NCBI GenBank assembly: GCA_035221665.1
Contig: CM069142.1
Span: forward strand, 30,070,001 to 30,134,000
Source: Okamejei kenojei
Taxonomy: Eukaryota
Reading direction: 5' to 3'
DNA: 64,000 bases
Shown: positions 23,736 through 36,684 of the stretch, piece after piece
Layout: each line of letters starts with the position of its first letter
Position numbering within the stretch: position 1 is the first letter of the stretch
Program-made: the position numbers and the translations under genes
The notes under the pieces: generated by a model
What the model was told of the DNA's origin: nothing
The model's database searches: none
The model's input: the letters and a program-made list of their open reading frames with translations, nothing else

Positions 23736-25149
23736 AAATGGGACATGGCAAATTAAAATATAGACAATAGTCCTGTGGATGAATGCAAGGTTGGAGGTCA
23801 GCAAATAGACAACATACGCACAAACAGACAGTTAGATATAGAGAGGTAAGCCATTTGGCCCTTAAAGGTTGCCTCTGCCATTTATCAAGATCAGGACTGA
23901 TCTTCTACCACAAGGCCAATTTCCAGCTGTATTCCAATATCTTCGATTCCCTCAATGTCCAGAAAACTATTCATTTACATTTTGAATGCAAATGGACTTC
24001 CATGACCTTCCAGGGCAGAGAATTTCAAAAGGTTCAATGCCCTCTCGTTTTTTTTTTACATACCTTCAATGAAAAAAAAAATCTAATTTCAGTCATAAAC
24101 TTGCTCCTTATTCTCAAATTGTTCTCCCTGGTAATGGGCCCCCATTCAGGGCGAACATCCTTCCTGCACCATATCTTCACTAGGTCTGAAAAAGGGCTCT
24201 GACTCGAAATATAGCCTATCCATGTTCTTCAGAGATGCTCACGATAAGCTGGAGTAACAACGGGACAGGCAGCATCTCTGGAGTGAAGGAATAGATGATG
24301 TTGCAACCCTTCTTCAGACTGTGAGTCAGGGGAGAGGGAAAACAGATATGGAAGGGGCAAAGAGAATGTAAGGTGTGAAAATGACAGATCAAAGCAGACG
24401 ATGATCAAAGAAATGAAGAATGGTTTGAAGGGATATGTCTTTGATCAAGTTTTTGGGAACTTGATTCATTGCTGCAATGGTACTTTTTTGCCCGATTATG
24501 TTCTAGCGAAATGCTTTGGCAAATCTCACTACAGCTCATTAAAAAGGTGATATATTCACGCGGCTTGCTGCGATATTTGTAAATGCAATTTAATTATAAC
24601 TTCTTTGTGTTAATGTTTTATTTACTTTTCCAAAACAAAATGCATTGTATTGCTTTGGATGGTGAATGGTTATCACAGCAGGCAGCCTATATTTTATACA
24701 GGTTCACAGTTGTTTTGGATATCCTAAAAATTAGAAACTCTAATCATTTTGATGGCATCAAGGCCATAAAATACAGGAATGGAGTGTCGCCATTTTATTA
24801 TGGATTAGATTGGCGTGAAATGTTAGTCAGGTGTGTCATCTGGTTAGTGTGGTAATTTCCATTGCCTCAATGTTTAGAAATGGTGAATGTTTAGTTTCCT
24901 GCCTGATTACTGAGAAAGCTAATGGGAAAATTACATCAGTGCTTTGCTAGTTATAATAAAGATTCCATATATAGGGAATTATAAGATGGGTTGAGAAATA
25001 AATTTGAATTTGTTCTTTGTTCTTGTTTCATGTGTTTCTTTTAATCCCCTTTCTGCATAGAGTGTATGATGTCCTTATTGGTTTCCAAGACAGTACATTG
25101 AAGTTTGAACCCAATCATAGGAAATTCAAGATTCTTAAGATTTCAGAAA

Positions 25150-25590
25150 CTAGAGTCACAAACTCACACAGCGTAGAAACAGGCCTTTAGGCCCAACTTG
25201 TTCATACTGAACCAAGGTGCATCCGTGAGCTCGTCCCATTTGCCTGCATTGGGCTCATATCATTCTCAATTTTCCCAATCTATGAATCTGTCCAAATGTC
25301 TTTTGAATATTGTACCTGTAGCTGCCTCTCCTACTTCCTCTGCCAGCTTGTAGCATGTACCCAGCACCCGGTCTGTGAAAGAATTGCCTCTCAGGTGCCC
25401 TTTAAATGTTTCCCTTCTCATCTTAAACCAATGCTCTCTAGTTTTTAGACTCCCTACCATGGGAAAAAGACTGTCTATCCACCTTATCTGTTCTGTTACG
25501 ATTTTATATACCTCTCAGGTCTCAACCTATCCAGTCTTTATTTATACTTCCAGCCCTGGCAACATCATTGTGAATCCTTTCTGCACTCTC
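25150..25590 (-). mobile_element. CR1 LINE 3' fragment
   Basis: Minus-strand peptide TREHWFKMRRETFKGHLRGNSFTDRV resembles the CR1 ORF2 C-terminus. Confidence 0.7.
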
Positions 25591-25749
25591 TACATTAGAG
25601 ACGTATATAAAAGCAACCAATGTATAGAAGCAGAAGATTAGGATTGGAACAAGCAGCATGTATACTCGCTTAGCTAACTAGGTAGACAAATAAGCTGTAT
25701 CATCATAAAACAGGAATGATAAGTCATCTAACTCTTTGTAAGAAGAAAG

Positions 25750-25945
25750 GGCACAGAGCGCTTGAGTAACTCAGCAGGTCAGGCAGCATTTCTGGGAAAC
25801 ATGGATAGGTGACGTTTCGGGTTGGGACCCTTCTTCAGACCCAAAGTGTCACCTGTCCATGTTCTCCAGAGATGCTGTCTGACCCACTGAGATACTCCAG
25901 CACATTGTGTCTTTTGTAAACTAGCATCTGCAGTTCCTTGTATCT
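25750..25945. mobile_element. Penelope-like pseudo-LTR fold-back pair with hammerhead core on the minus strand
   Basis: gacgtttcgggttgggacccttcttcagac, then the reverse arm gtcacctgtccatgttctccagagatgctg. Confidence 0.75.
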
Positions 25946-26455
25946 AATTATTTGTAAGCCTGCTCTGTTATTCATCAAGGACATGGCAAATCTTCTGCCT
26001 CAGCCCATTTGCCAGCACGATTCCCACAATCCCTTATGTGCAGAAATATGCTAAACTGTGTTTGGATTAACACAATGACTGAGTCCTCATAGAGCATAGA
26101 GAATTCCAAAGGTTCATTCTCTTTAAAGAAATTCCTCTTCATAAGTTCATGTTATAGGAGCAGAATTCAGTCCCTTCAGCCCATCGAGTCTATTCCGCCA
26201 TTCAATCATGGCTGACCTATCATTCCCTGTCAACCCCATTCTCCTGCCTTCTCCCTGTAACCTTTGATACTTTAATCAAGAACCTGTCAATCTCCACTTT
26301 AAAATTACCCAAAGACTTGGCTTCAACAGGCATCTGTGACAGTGCATTCCACAAATTCACCACCCTCTTGTTAAAGTCTTTGTCTCAGTACTAAATGGCC
26401 TGCCCTTATTGAACTATATTATCAGCGCACTCTGTATCTTTCCCTTTGTTCCACC

Positions 26456-26761
26456 TTTAGACTTTAGAGATACAGCACGGAAACAGGCCCTTTGGCCCAC
26501 TGAGTCTGTGCCGACCAGTGATCACCCCATACACTAGCACTATCCTACATACTTGGGACAATTTACAATTTACAGAAGCCAAATAATCTACTGACCAGCA
26601 TGTCTTTGGAGTGTGGGAGGAAACCATAGCACCCAAGGAAAACCCACAGGTCACAGGGAGACTGTTCAAACTCCCTACAGACAGCACCCATAGTCAGGAT
26701 TGAACCTGGGTATCTGGCGCTATAAGGTGGAAACTCTACCCCTGCGCCCCTGTGCCACCCC
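26456..26761 (-). mobile_element. HE1-like V-SINE nested in a CR1 fragment
   Basis: Full reverse copy; CR1 sequence ttccaca(a/g)attcaccaccctc..tctcagtactaaatggcctg is duplicated on both sides (~26345 and ~26785). Confidence 0.8.
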
Positions 26762-27039
26762 CACAGCCGTCTGCAGCAACGAATTCCACAGATTCACCAC
26801 CCTCTCGATAAATAGTCTTCATCTCAGTACTAAATGGCCTGTCGTTATTGAACTATGCGCTCTGTATTTTTCCTTCCACTCTACCTATTGTACTTGAGCT
26901 TGGCTCGATTATATTTCTGCATAGTATTACCTGATCCAATTGGATAGCATGCAAAACAAAGTTTTTCATTGTAACTTTGTACTCGTGACAATAATAAACC
27001 TAAATCATATTCTGAATCTGTGATCATCATCTCAGAGAG

Positions 27040-27652
27040 CTAGAATTCCAAAACAGGAATGTAATGCTGAGACTCTAGAAGGCGCTGGTCAGGCCAAATT
27101 TGGAGTATTGTGAGCAATTTGCGGCACCATATCTGAGGAAGGATGTGCTGACTCTGGAGAGGATCCAGAGGAGGTTTACAAGAGTGATCCCAGGAATGAG
27201 TGGGTTAACACATGATGAACAATTGATGGTACTGGGAGTGTACTCGATGGAGTTTAGAAGAATGAGGGCGGAACTCATTGAAACATACTGAATAGAGAAA
27301 GGCTTGGATAGACAGGATGTGGAGAGGATGGTTCCATTAGTGTGAGAGTCTAGGACTAGAGGACATAGCCTCAGAATTATAGGACTTCCTTTAGGAAGGA
27401 GATGAGGAGGAATTTCTGTGGGTGGTGGTGAATCTGTGGAATTCTTTACAACAGAAGGCTGTGGAGGCCGTCAATGGATATTTTAAAGGCAGAGATAGAT
27501 AGATTCTTGATTAGTATGGGTCAAAGGTGTCATGGGGAGAAGGCAGGAGAATGGGGTTAGGAGGGAGAGATAGATCAGCCATGATTGAATGGCGTAGTAG
27601 ACTTGATGGGCCGAATGGCCTAATTCTGCTCCTATCACTTATGACCTTATGA
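27040..27652 (+). mobile_element. CR1 LINE 3' part
   Basis: LEYCEQFAAPYLRKDVLTLERIQRRFTRVIPGM..LIETY peptide and CR1 3' tail. Confidence 0.85.
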
Positions 27653-28129
27653 TCTCCCTCCTCAACACCAGCCAACTGTCCCTCGACCACTCAGCCAGAC
27701 GAAGCAACATCCCTGCATCTGGCTTATTGCGCATCTTAGAATTTTGTACATTTTCATGAAACCTCATTCTTCTAAACTCTAATTCGAGTCAGTCTGTCCT
27801 TCTATGGCAAATCTGCCAATCCGGTAACCATCTGGTGAATCTATGCTGCATTTTCATGATGGCAAGTACATGGAGGAGTGCAAGTACAAAGATAACTTTC
27901 TCCAAACTTGAAAGAATAATTTATATGTGGAATGCATAAGCACATAATGAAATAAACTACGTATATTGTGGAATATCAGAGAAAATTTATATTTATGCAT
28001 TTTCATGACATTGGGATGTTTGAAAGCATTTTACAGCTAATTAAGTATTTTTAAAGGTATGTCTGTTATAATGCAGGAATAGATTTGATTGGGAATTATT
28101 TACAGACAGTAAGATCAATGGGGTGTGTA

Positions 28130-29082
28130 GGGGCGGCACGATGATGCAGTGGTAAAGTTGCTGCCTTACAGCGCCAGAGACTCGGGTTCAATCCTGACTA
28201 TGTGTTTGTACCTTCTCCCTGTGACCATGTGGGTTTTCTCGGGTGCTCCACTTTCCTCCCACACTCCAAAGATGTACAGGTTTGTCTGTTGATTGGCATC
28301 GGTAGAATTGAAAATTGTCTCTAGTGGGTAGGATATAGAACCCAGGGTGTCCCAGGGAGCCGCACCCACGGTGGGAGTGTCCGGGGGAGCTGGGCGCTCG
28401 GCGAGAGTGTCCCGGGGAGCCGCGCGAGCCCGATCCACACCCCGAACAACTGGAGCGATGACCGGAACGTGCCCCGGCATGCCCGACTCGCCCCACAGGC
28501 CTCCCAGGGACTGCGGAGAAGCCAGGCGGCGGCAAGGCCTGCCTGGGTCGAAGGAGTCTCAGCGGCGGCGGCAATGGGAGCCTCGGCAGCGGGAGGCTCG
28601 GCGGCAGCTTGAGCCTCGGCGGCAGCTTGAGCCTCAGCACTAACGGGAGCCTCGGCGATAATGGGGCCTCAGCAGGAGCCTCGGCAGCAGTGGGAACCTT
28701 GGCAGTGGTGGAAGACAATGGAGGACACGGTGTGGGGGGACTGCTGTGAGGGATGGTGGGAGAGCAAAGGGGGACACGGTGTGGGGGAAGGGGGGGGCAC
28801 TCTAGTTTTAGAATCCTCTGCCCCGGGGGATACGTCTGAGTTTGTTGTTCGTTCCGGTTTGTTCTGGTTTAGGCAGTGTGCACATGGCAGCCAGCTTGAC
28901 AGTCGCTTGTCTTTTTTTTTGCACTTTTAATTTTAAGTTTTTGTGTACCTTGTGTGTTGTGACTATCGGCAGACCAATTTCCCTCCGGAGATGAATAAAG
29001 TTTTATCGTATTGTATCATTACTGGTCAGCATGGGCCTGGTTCCATGCTGTATCTATAAACTAATGTAAAAGTAAACTAAAG
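28130..29082 (+). mobile_element. HE1-like V-SINE split by a family A GC-rich element (28346-29017)
   Basis: SINE head and core at 28130-28343, tail at 29018-29082; the insert carries tandem gagcctcggc(g/a)gcagc units. Confidence 0.8.
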
Positions 29083-30929
29083 TGTGTAGTCACTAACATT
29101 CGTCAGATTAGTAGCTACATTCACTTTATGTCATCATTAGATGGAATGCAATCAAGGGATTTATTCAGAATTCGCGGTAGAGAATTTTAAAATTATTTTC
29201 ATGATGGATTTTTTTTTCTTGCAAATAATCCCAGCAGAATCCTAGCAGATCTTGGCCATTTTTGGAGGGGGAGCAAGATGATGTAAATAGCCACCCATTG
29301 CTAACTTGCCACGTTTAGTTTAGCAGGGCAGTTTGAATCAGCATTATAAATATTTCTATTAATCAGATTATTCCAGACGTGCACTTTCGCTTTAATCAGT
29401 GATTGTTCCCCTGTGACCTCTCGCAGTGACCTTGCAGGACAGGACGAGCCATGTCTGGAAGAGCACACAAAGGATTTTTTTTTCTCCCATGTTCCAGTTA
29501 GTTGATGTCAATCAGCGAAATAGCTGGTTTGGAATGATGTGCTGGGTAGTTGCTGGCCCCCTCATGAACCAATTGCACGGCGACAGAGTGTTGGTGGGGC
29601 AACGATATGGTCATGGATAGATCACACCCTTTGAGGCGAAGTGGAGTGGTTTATAAAGAAGTCATCTCAAAATAAAGTTACTGTTTTGGCGGTCACAAGA
29701 ACGACAACTAAGTTTTGTAACTTATTTCATTCTCAAAATAGCTTCTTAGCTCACAGGTTCTTACAACACGTCTGGCCATAACAGCACGAAAAACCAGCAG
29801 CCCCTCCCGAGTCACGTGACCGCGGCTTCCAAACGCCGGGTTCGATACCTGCGTGCGCCAGCAGGCGCCGCCACACTGGAATGGGGAGTGACCTTCATCT
29901 TCCTCTTGCATTAATAAGACAGACTATCCATTCTGTATTCATCCGTAGTATAAAATGAGGTCAATTATCCTAAAAACCTTCTGCACGGCTGGCTATTACC
30001 GTAAACATTGACTGCTTAGCTGCTGTTATGATTGCAACTTTTGGCCTATATCTTGAAAGGTTGTGCCTTATATTTCCCTACAATTTCAGATGCAAGATAA
30101 TCTTCTTTCGTATTTTGCAACCGCATCTTGAGGATCAGACTATAGATATATAGAAGTTGGAATGATATCATTGATAACCAGATGATCTGGTCTTCACTTA
30201 AAGCATTCATTAAAAATGAACTATTCTGTTTTCTTGCCTTATCTTGTCTGTGACTAGATAAAGCTGAGCTTTATATAGAACATGCAATATAGAAACCAGC
30301 ATGTTAACCCAGTTAGTTTATTTAACACACAAAGGACATTAATAAGCAAATTTATACACAACAGTCCATCAGATTCTGGTGAAATGTTTGGTTGGGTATA
30401 GTTTACTATTGTCGCGTGCACCAAGATACAGTGAAACGAGTTGTTTTGTTTGTACTTCAACAAAATATAAGAGTATTAGTGCTCAGACTGCTTGTGTAAA
30501 GAGTTACTTCTGGAATTTCAGATCATCATAAATAGTTTGCTGCTTTGCACCATTATCAGCTGTCTAGTCGCAATTTAAAACCTAAATATTCACAAACACA
30601 TCTCCCTGAGGGGACACACTACAAGTTGACATTCTACACTGTTCCAGGCCAAAGGTTTATATTATGTATAAATATTTATATATAAATATCAGCTGATACA
30701 GTTATTTGAAAGTGTAAAAGTTGCAGAGTCAGTAATATATTTTTTAGTGCTGCATCTGGCAGACTGTTATTCCTTTGATGCTACTACGTGTAGTGCACAA
30801 GCTGCACTAGTATTGGCACATTGGCCTGCAGCAGTCAGAGTATTGAGTATAGAGGTTTGAAGGACATGTTTACAGTTGAACAATTTGGAGGCCAAATTTG
30901 GAGTATTGTGTTCAGTTTTGGTTACCCTA

Positions 30930-31877
30930 TGAGACAATAGGAGCAGGAGTAGGCCATGCGGCCCTTCGAGCCAGCACCGCCATTCACTGTGATCATGGCT
31001 GATCATCCACAATCAGTACCCCGTTCCTGCCTTCTCCCCATATCCCTTGATTCCACTATCTTTAAGAGCTCTATCTTAACTCTCTCTTGAAAGCCTCCAG
31101 AGAATTGGCCTCCACTGCGTTCTGAGGCAGAGAATTCCACAATTCACAACCCTCTGTGTGAAAAGGTTTTTCCTCTTCTTCGTTCTACGTGGCCTACCCC
31201 TTACTCTGTAGGCCCCTGGTTCTGGACTCCCCCACCATCGGGAACGTGTTTCCTGCCTCTAACGTGTCCAATCCCTTAATAATCTTATATGTTTCAATAA
31301 AATATCCTCTCATCCTTCTAAATTCCAGTGTATACATGCCCAGTCGCTCCATTCTTTCAACACATGACAGTCCCGCCTATCCCGGGAATTAACCTCGTGA
31401 ACCTACTCTGCCCTCCCTCAATTACAAGAATGTCCTTCCTCAAATTTGGAGACCAAAACTGCACACAATACTCCAGGTGTGGTCTCACTAGGGCCCTGTA
31501 CAACTGCAGAAGGACCTCTTTACTCCTATACTCCTCTTGTTATGAAGGCCAACATGCCATTAACTTTCTTCATTGCCTGCTGTACCTGCATGCTTAATTT
31601 CAGTGACTGATGAACAAGGACACCCAGATTTCGTTGTACTTCCCCTTTTCCGAACTTGACACCATTCAGATAATAATCTGCCTTCCTGTTCTTGCCACCA
31701 AAGTGGATAACCTCGCATTTATCCACATTAAACTGCATCTGCCAGGCATCTGCCCACTCACGAACCTGTCCACGTCACCCTGCATCTTCATAGCATCCTC
31801 CTCACAGTTCACACTGCCACCCAGCTTTGTGTCATCTGCAAATTCGCAAATGTTACTTTTAATCCCTTTGTCTAAAT
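30930..31877 (-). mobile_element. CR1 LINE ORF2 (RT) fragment
   Basis: Minus-strand peptides DLDKGIKSNICEFADDTKLGG and MQFNVDKCEVIHFG. Confidence 0.9.
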
Positions 31878-32342
31878 CAGGGGTCAGCAACCTTGTTCTG
31901 CATAGGGGCCAGGACGCATGTCTGTGAGCGGATGTCGGGCCACATCTACCACGTGTTCACATAGATCCCGCCCCTTTGAGGACGCCACCCAGAGCACTGG
32001 CCCCTAGTAATAGGCGCTCACGAACATGGCGCTCCTACAGACCATTGCCTTGGCTCTGTCCTGAAGACGGTGGCTCAAATACTCATACTCGTTCAAAAAA
32101 TATCTCAGATTGGTGAACAATTTTAGTAAAAAACTTGGGAAATAATTAATCAAATTTTCAGATGAGGCAATTTTTGAGATTGTGAGATAAGCCTCTACGT
32201 CTCTAGAGATAAGTCTCTATATGTAAAAATATCACCGTTACCGCATCGGGTTTTCGAGGAGATGTGAGTCAAAGAAAAAGCTCAAGCAAGCAAATATCCC
32301 CACAAGTAAACAGCCAAGATCAGAGTTTTATGTTATAATAGA
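31878..32342 (-). mobile_element. Composite insert: hAT-like end (caggggtcagcaacc, +) plus Helitron-like 5' end (-)
   Basis: Minus strand begins A|TCTATTATAACATAAAACTCTGATCTTG at 32342, similar to 62058 TCTATATAATTAAAAGTCTCATCTT; sits between two CR1 pieces. Confidence 0.5.
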
Positions 32343-32354
32343 TAGTTAGAGATG

Positions 32355-32560
32355 GTCACTACCTCCTAATGGCTCCTTTACCTCGAGTTCCCTTACACAA
32401 CAGTAAATCCAGAATTGCCTTCTCCTTGGTAGGCTCCAGTAGAAATTGCTCTAAGAATCCATCCCGGGGGCATTCCACAAACTCCCTTTCTTGTGGTCCA
32501 CTACCAACCTGATTTTCCCAGTCTACCTGCATGTCGATATATCCCATAACTGTAGCGATT
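32355..32560 (-). mobile_element. CR1 ORF2 endonuclease-region fragment
   Basis: DWENQVGSGPQEREFVECPRDGFLEQFLLEPTKEKAILDLLLC. Confidence 0.75.
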
Positions 32561-32609
32561 ACTTCTTATGACATACCAAGGAAAGATGTTGTTGAGCTGG
32601 AAAGGGTAC

Positions 32610-33481
32610 TAGCTGGTGGGGGCGCTACAAGCCAGCAGCCCTGCCAGCAGAGTGTTCGTTTTTTCTACTTTTTTAAAAATTTTATTTTTACGTAATGTAT
32701 GTTTTTAATGTCTCTCTGGGTGTCTTGTGTGGGGGGTGGTGTGAGGGGGGGTAAGGGGAAAACCGCGTCAGTCGCCTCCCCCGTGGCCTAACAGCGAGGA
32801 TCAGTGTGGCCTTTCCCGGAGACGTGCACGGGGCTTCAGCTTCTGCAGCGGGTGCAACGAGGACCCTTTCATCGCAGAGCAGGCGAGCCCTCGCCGGGGG
32901 TCGCCGTAGGGGAGCGCTCCGTTCGCTGGCCCGCAGCAGCTTGAAGCCACAGTCTGTAGAGCTCCAGATGGTGGCATCCTGGGCCTGGGATCCCTCGATG
33001 GGGACCTGGGAGGAGAAGAGCTCCGACCACTGGCCCGCGGCCAAGCCGTGGACTTACCATCCTGAGCAGGGTCCCTCGCCGGGGATCCCTGGAGAGGAGC
33101 TCCGACCGTTGGCCCTGCGGTCTGCGGTGCTTCTGGCTGCGGCGTTCGAGGACTTTAGATCTTCGACCGCCGGCCTGTGGCCTACACCAACTTGAAGCCG
33201 CGGTCTCCGGTGGGGAGGCACCGATTCAGGACTTACCTTGTCTGAACATCTGGACGCCCGCAGTGGCGCCTGCAGAGGGTTGAGGTCCCAACCACGGGTG
33301 AAAATGGCGGAGGACTGGCCAATTTTTGTGCCTTCCACCACAGTGATGAATGCTGTGGTGGATGTTTGTGTTAATTTTTTATTGTGTATTGTGTGTTCTT
33401 GTTTTATTGTACCGCTGCTGGCAAATTCATTTCACTTGCACTTTATGTGCAAGTGACAAATAAAACTTGACTTGACTTGAC
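32610..33481 (+). mobile_element. GC-rich non-autonomous retroelement, family B (longest copy), inserted in CR1
   Basis: Interrupts CR1 between gagctggaaagggtac and gagaagaattacagggatgttgccagg; tail atttcacttgcactttatgtgcaagtgacaaataaaa(cttga)n. Confidence 0.75.
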
Positions 33482-33929
33482 ATGAGAAGAATTACAGGGA
33501 TGTTGCCAGGACTCGAGGGCTTGAACTTAGAGGGAGTGGTTGAGCAGGCCAGGACTTTATGCCTTGGAGCGCAGGAGGAAGAGGGGTGGATCGTATGAGA
33601 GGAATATACTGTATATGGTAAGCGCACAGAGTCTTTTACCAAGAGTAGGGAAATCGAGAACCAGATGACATAGGTTTAAGTTAATGGGGAGGGGGAGATT
33701 TACTGGGAACCTGAGGGGCATCATTTTTACACAATGATGATAGGTGTATGGAACAAGCTGCTGAAGGAACTAATTGAGGCAGGTACCATCACAACTTTTA
33801 ACAAACATTTATACAGGTATAAGGATAGGATAAGTTTAGAGGGATATGGGCCAAAGGCAGGCAGGTAGGACTGGTGCAGATGGGGCATGTTGGTCGGTGT
33901 GGGTTTGTGTGACCAAAGGGCATTTCCAT

Positions 33930-35930
33930 TTGTGTATGACGAGGGGAATTGAGACATTAGTCAAAAACAAAAAGGATGCATGGGACAGGTATGGGCAGCT
34001 GGGATCAAGTGCATCCCTGGAGGTGTTTCGGGAGCTAAGGGGTAAACTAAAAAAGGAAATCAGAAGGGCAAAAAGGGGCCAGGAGATAGCTCTAGCTGGT
34101 AGCACTAAGGACAATCCCAAACGATTTTATAAATACTTAAGGGGGAAAAGGGTAAACTAGAGAGACAGTGGGACCTCACAGGAATAAAAGCGGTCACCTC
34201 TGTGTGGAGCCACAGGAGATGGGCAAGGCCCGAAATGAGTATTTCTCCTCTGTATTTACCGAGGAGAAAGACAGTAGGACGGAGGAAATTGGAGCAATTA
34301 CTGGAAGTGTCTTGCGAGCAGTCAGGGTTACCGTCGAAGAAGTACTGAAGGTACTGTCGTGTTTGAAGGTAGACAAATCTCCAGGGCCTGATCTGATATA
34401 TCCGAGGACATTGTGGGAAACTAGAGAGGAAATTGCAGGAGCCCTGGTTTAAATTTACAAGTCGTCCTTAAATACAGGAGAGGTGCCGGAAGAGGGTGGT
34501 AAATGTTGTACCTCTTTTCAAGAAGGGCTGTAGGGAAAATGCTGGGAACTATAGGCCGGTGAGCTTGACATCTGTAGTTGGTAAGTTACTGGAGAGTATT
34601 CTGAGGGATAGGATATACAGGCATTTGGATGGGCAAGGGCTGATTAGGGACAGTCAGCATGGTTTAGTACGTGGGTGGTCATGTCTCACAAATCTGCTAG
34701 ATTTTTTTGAAGACTTGACCAAAAAGGTTGATGTAGGCAGACCTGTAGATGTCGTGTACATGAACTTCAGTAAGGCGTTCAACAAGGTTCTGCATGGTAG
34801 GCTGCTCTGGAAGGTTAGATCGCATGGGATCGAAGGATATATAGCTGAATGGATAGCAAATTGGCTCCATAGAAGGAAGCAGAGGGTAATGGTGGAAGGT
34901 TGCTTCTCAGACTGGAGGCTTAAGACTAGTGGTGTGCCTCAGGATTTGGTGCTGGGCCCGTTACTGTTTGTCATCTATATCAATGATTTGGATGAGAACA
35001 TACAGGGCAAAATTAGCAAGTTTGTTTATGATACAAAAGTGAGTGGTTTTGCAGATAGTGAAGATGGTTGTGAACGTTTGCAGCAGGATCTGGATCGATT
35101 GGCCAGGTGGGCTGAGGAATGGTTGATGGAATTGAATACAGAGAAGTGCAAGGTGTTGCATTTTGGGATGTTGAACAAGGGCAGGACCTACACGGTAAAT
35201 GGTAGGCCTCTGGGTAGTGTTGCAGAGCAGAGGGATCTAGGAGTACAAGTGCAAGGTTCCTTGAAGGTCGAGCCGCAGGTAGACAAGGTGGTCAAAAATG
35301 CTTTTGGCACTTCATCAGTCAGAGTATTGAGTATAGAAGTTGGGAGGTCATGTTGCAGTTGTGTAAGGCCTTGGTGAGATCGCATTTTGAATATTGTGTT
35401 CAGTTCTGAGCATCATGTTATAGGAAAGATATTGTCAAACTTGAAAGGGCTCAGAAAAGATTTACGAGGATGTTGCCAGAACTAGAGGGTGTGAGCTATA
35501 CGGAGAGGTTGATTAGGCTGTGTCTTTATTCCATGGAACGCAGCAGGATAAGGGGTGATCCTATAGAGGGGTATAAGATAATGAGAGGAATAGATCGGAT
35601 AGATGCACGGATTCTTTGGCCCATAGGGGAATCGAGGACCAGAGGACATAGGTTCAGATGAAGGGGAAAAGATTTAATAGGAATCCGAGGGTTATGTTTT
35701 CACACAAAGTGTGGTGGGTGTATGGAACAAACTGCCAGAGGAGGTAGTTGAGGCTGGGACTATACCATCGTTTAAGAAACAGTTAGACAGGTTCATGGGT
35801 AGGACAGGTTTGGAGGGATATGGACATAGCGCAGGCAAGTGGGACTAGTGTAGCTGGGACATTTTTGGCCGGTGTGGGCGAGTTTGGCTGAAGGGCCTGT
35901 TTCCGCACTATCTGTGACTCTATGACTTAT
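33930..35930 (+). mobile_element. CR1 LINE, ~2 kb 5'-truncated ORF2 pseudogene
   Basis: DKSPGPDLIYPR, GNYRPVSLTS, SQHG, SGVPQ..VLGPLLF; catalytic FADD mutated to FVYD; stops and frameshifts; tail (tgactcta)n. Confidence 0.92.
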
Positions 35931-36195
35931 TTTCCAACAGCTCCAAAACCCTATTTTTATCCCATATTCCAGCTACATTAGTCAAGGGAGTCACTCCAGA
36001 GTGTTGATCCCATTTTGTCAGCAAATTTGGATGAAAATAAAAGAATAGTTTTGGTGAGGTGAGGATTTTGGCTCTTCTTGTCAATAACCTCTTTAGCATA
36101 AAAACACGTCGGAAACAATATTCACATACTTTTACTCACAGATGAAGAGAAGCATTTTTATCACATGCTGGAAAAAAACATTACTAGCAATGATA

Positions 36196-36493
36196 TTTGT
36201 GGCCTCAGTGGCCGTGGGACTTAACACCGCCCTCCTGGGGCTTCGACATCGGGGGAGAAATGGTGCGGGGGAGAGAGAAGAACTTTGCCTTCCATCACAG
36301 TGAGGGGGAGACGAACTTTGCCTTCCATCACAGTGAGGGGGAGACTCACTGTGATGGATGTTTGTGTGAATTGAATTGTTTGTGTGTGTTTTTTTATGAA
36401 TTGCTCTGTATGGTTTGTAGAAACAGAATTTCGTTCGAGCCTCTCTGAGGTGTGAATGACAAGTAATAAAATCTAATCTAATCTAATCTAATA
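36196..36493 (+). mobile_element. Family B-related GC-rich retroelement, 3' fragment
   Basis: tgccttccatcacagtg..ctgtgatggatgtttgtgt module, 33-bp tandem duplication at 36280-36345, (atcta)n tail. Confidence 0.7.
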
Positions 36494-36684
36494 TTGATGC
36501 CTATTCATGTGACTAGTGCACAATCGCTCTGGGGGTAATTTGTACTTTAAAAATAAACATTTTTAGTGGAAAAACGTAATATTTTACAGTAAACATTAAG
36601 TAAGAAAACCAAAGGACATAACATTTTAATCAATTCAATAATCACATTCTTTTTAACTTAACAATGTTATACCTTCTTTGCAGA

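Noticed and set aside
34496-35377. 293-aa ORF as a functional gene
   Set aside because: CR1 reverse transcriptase with a mutated catalytic motif (FVYD) and flanking stops/frameshifts
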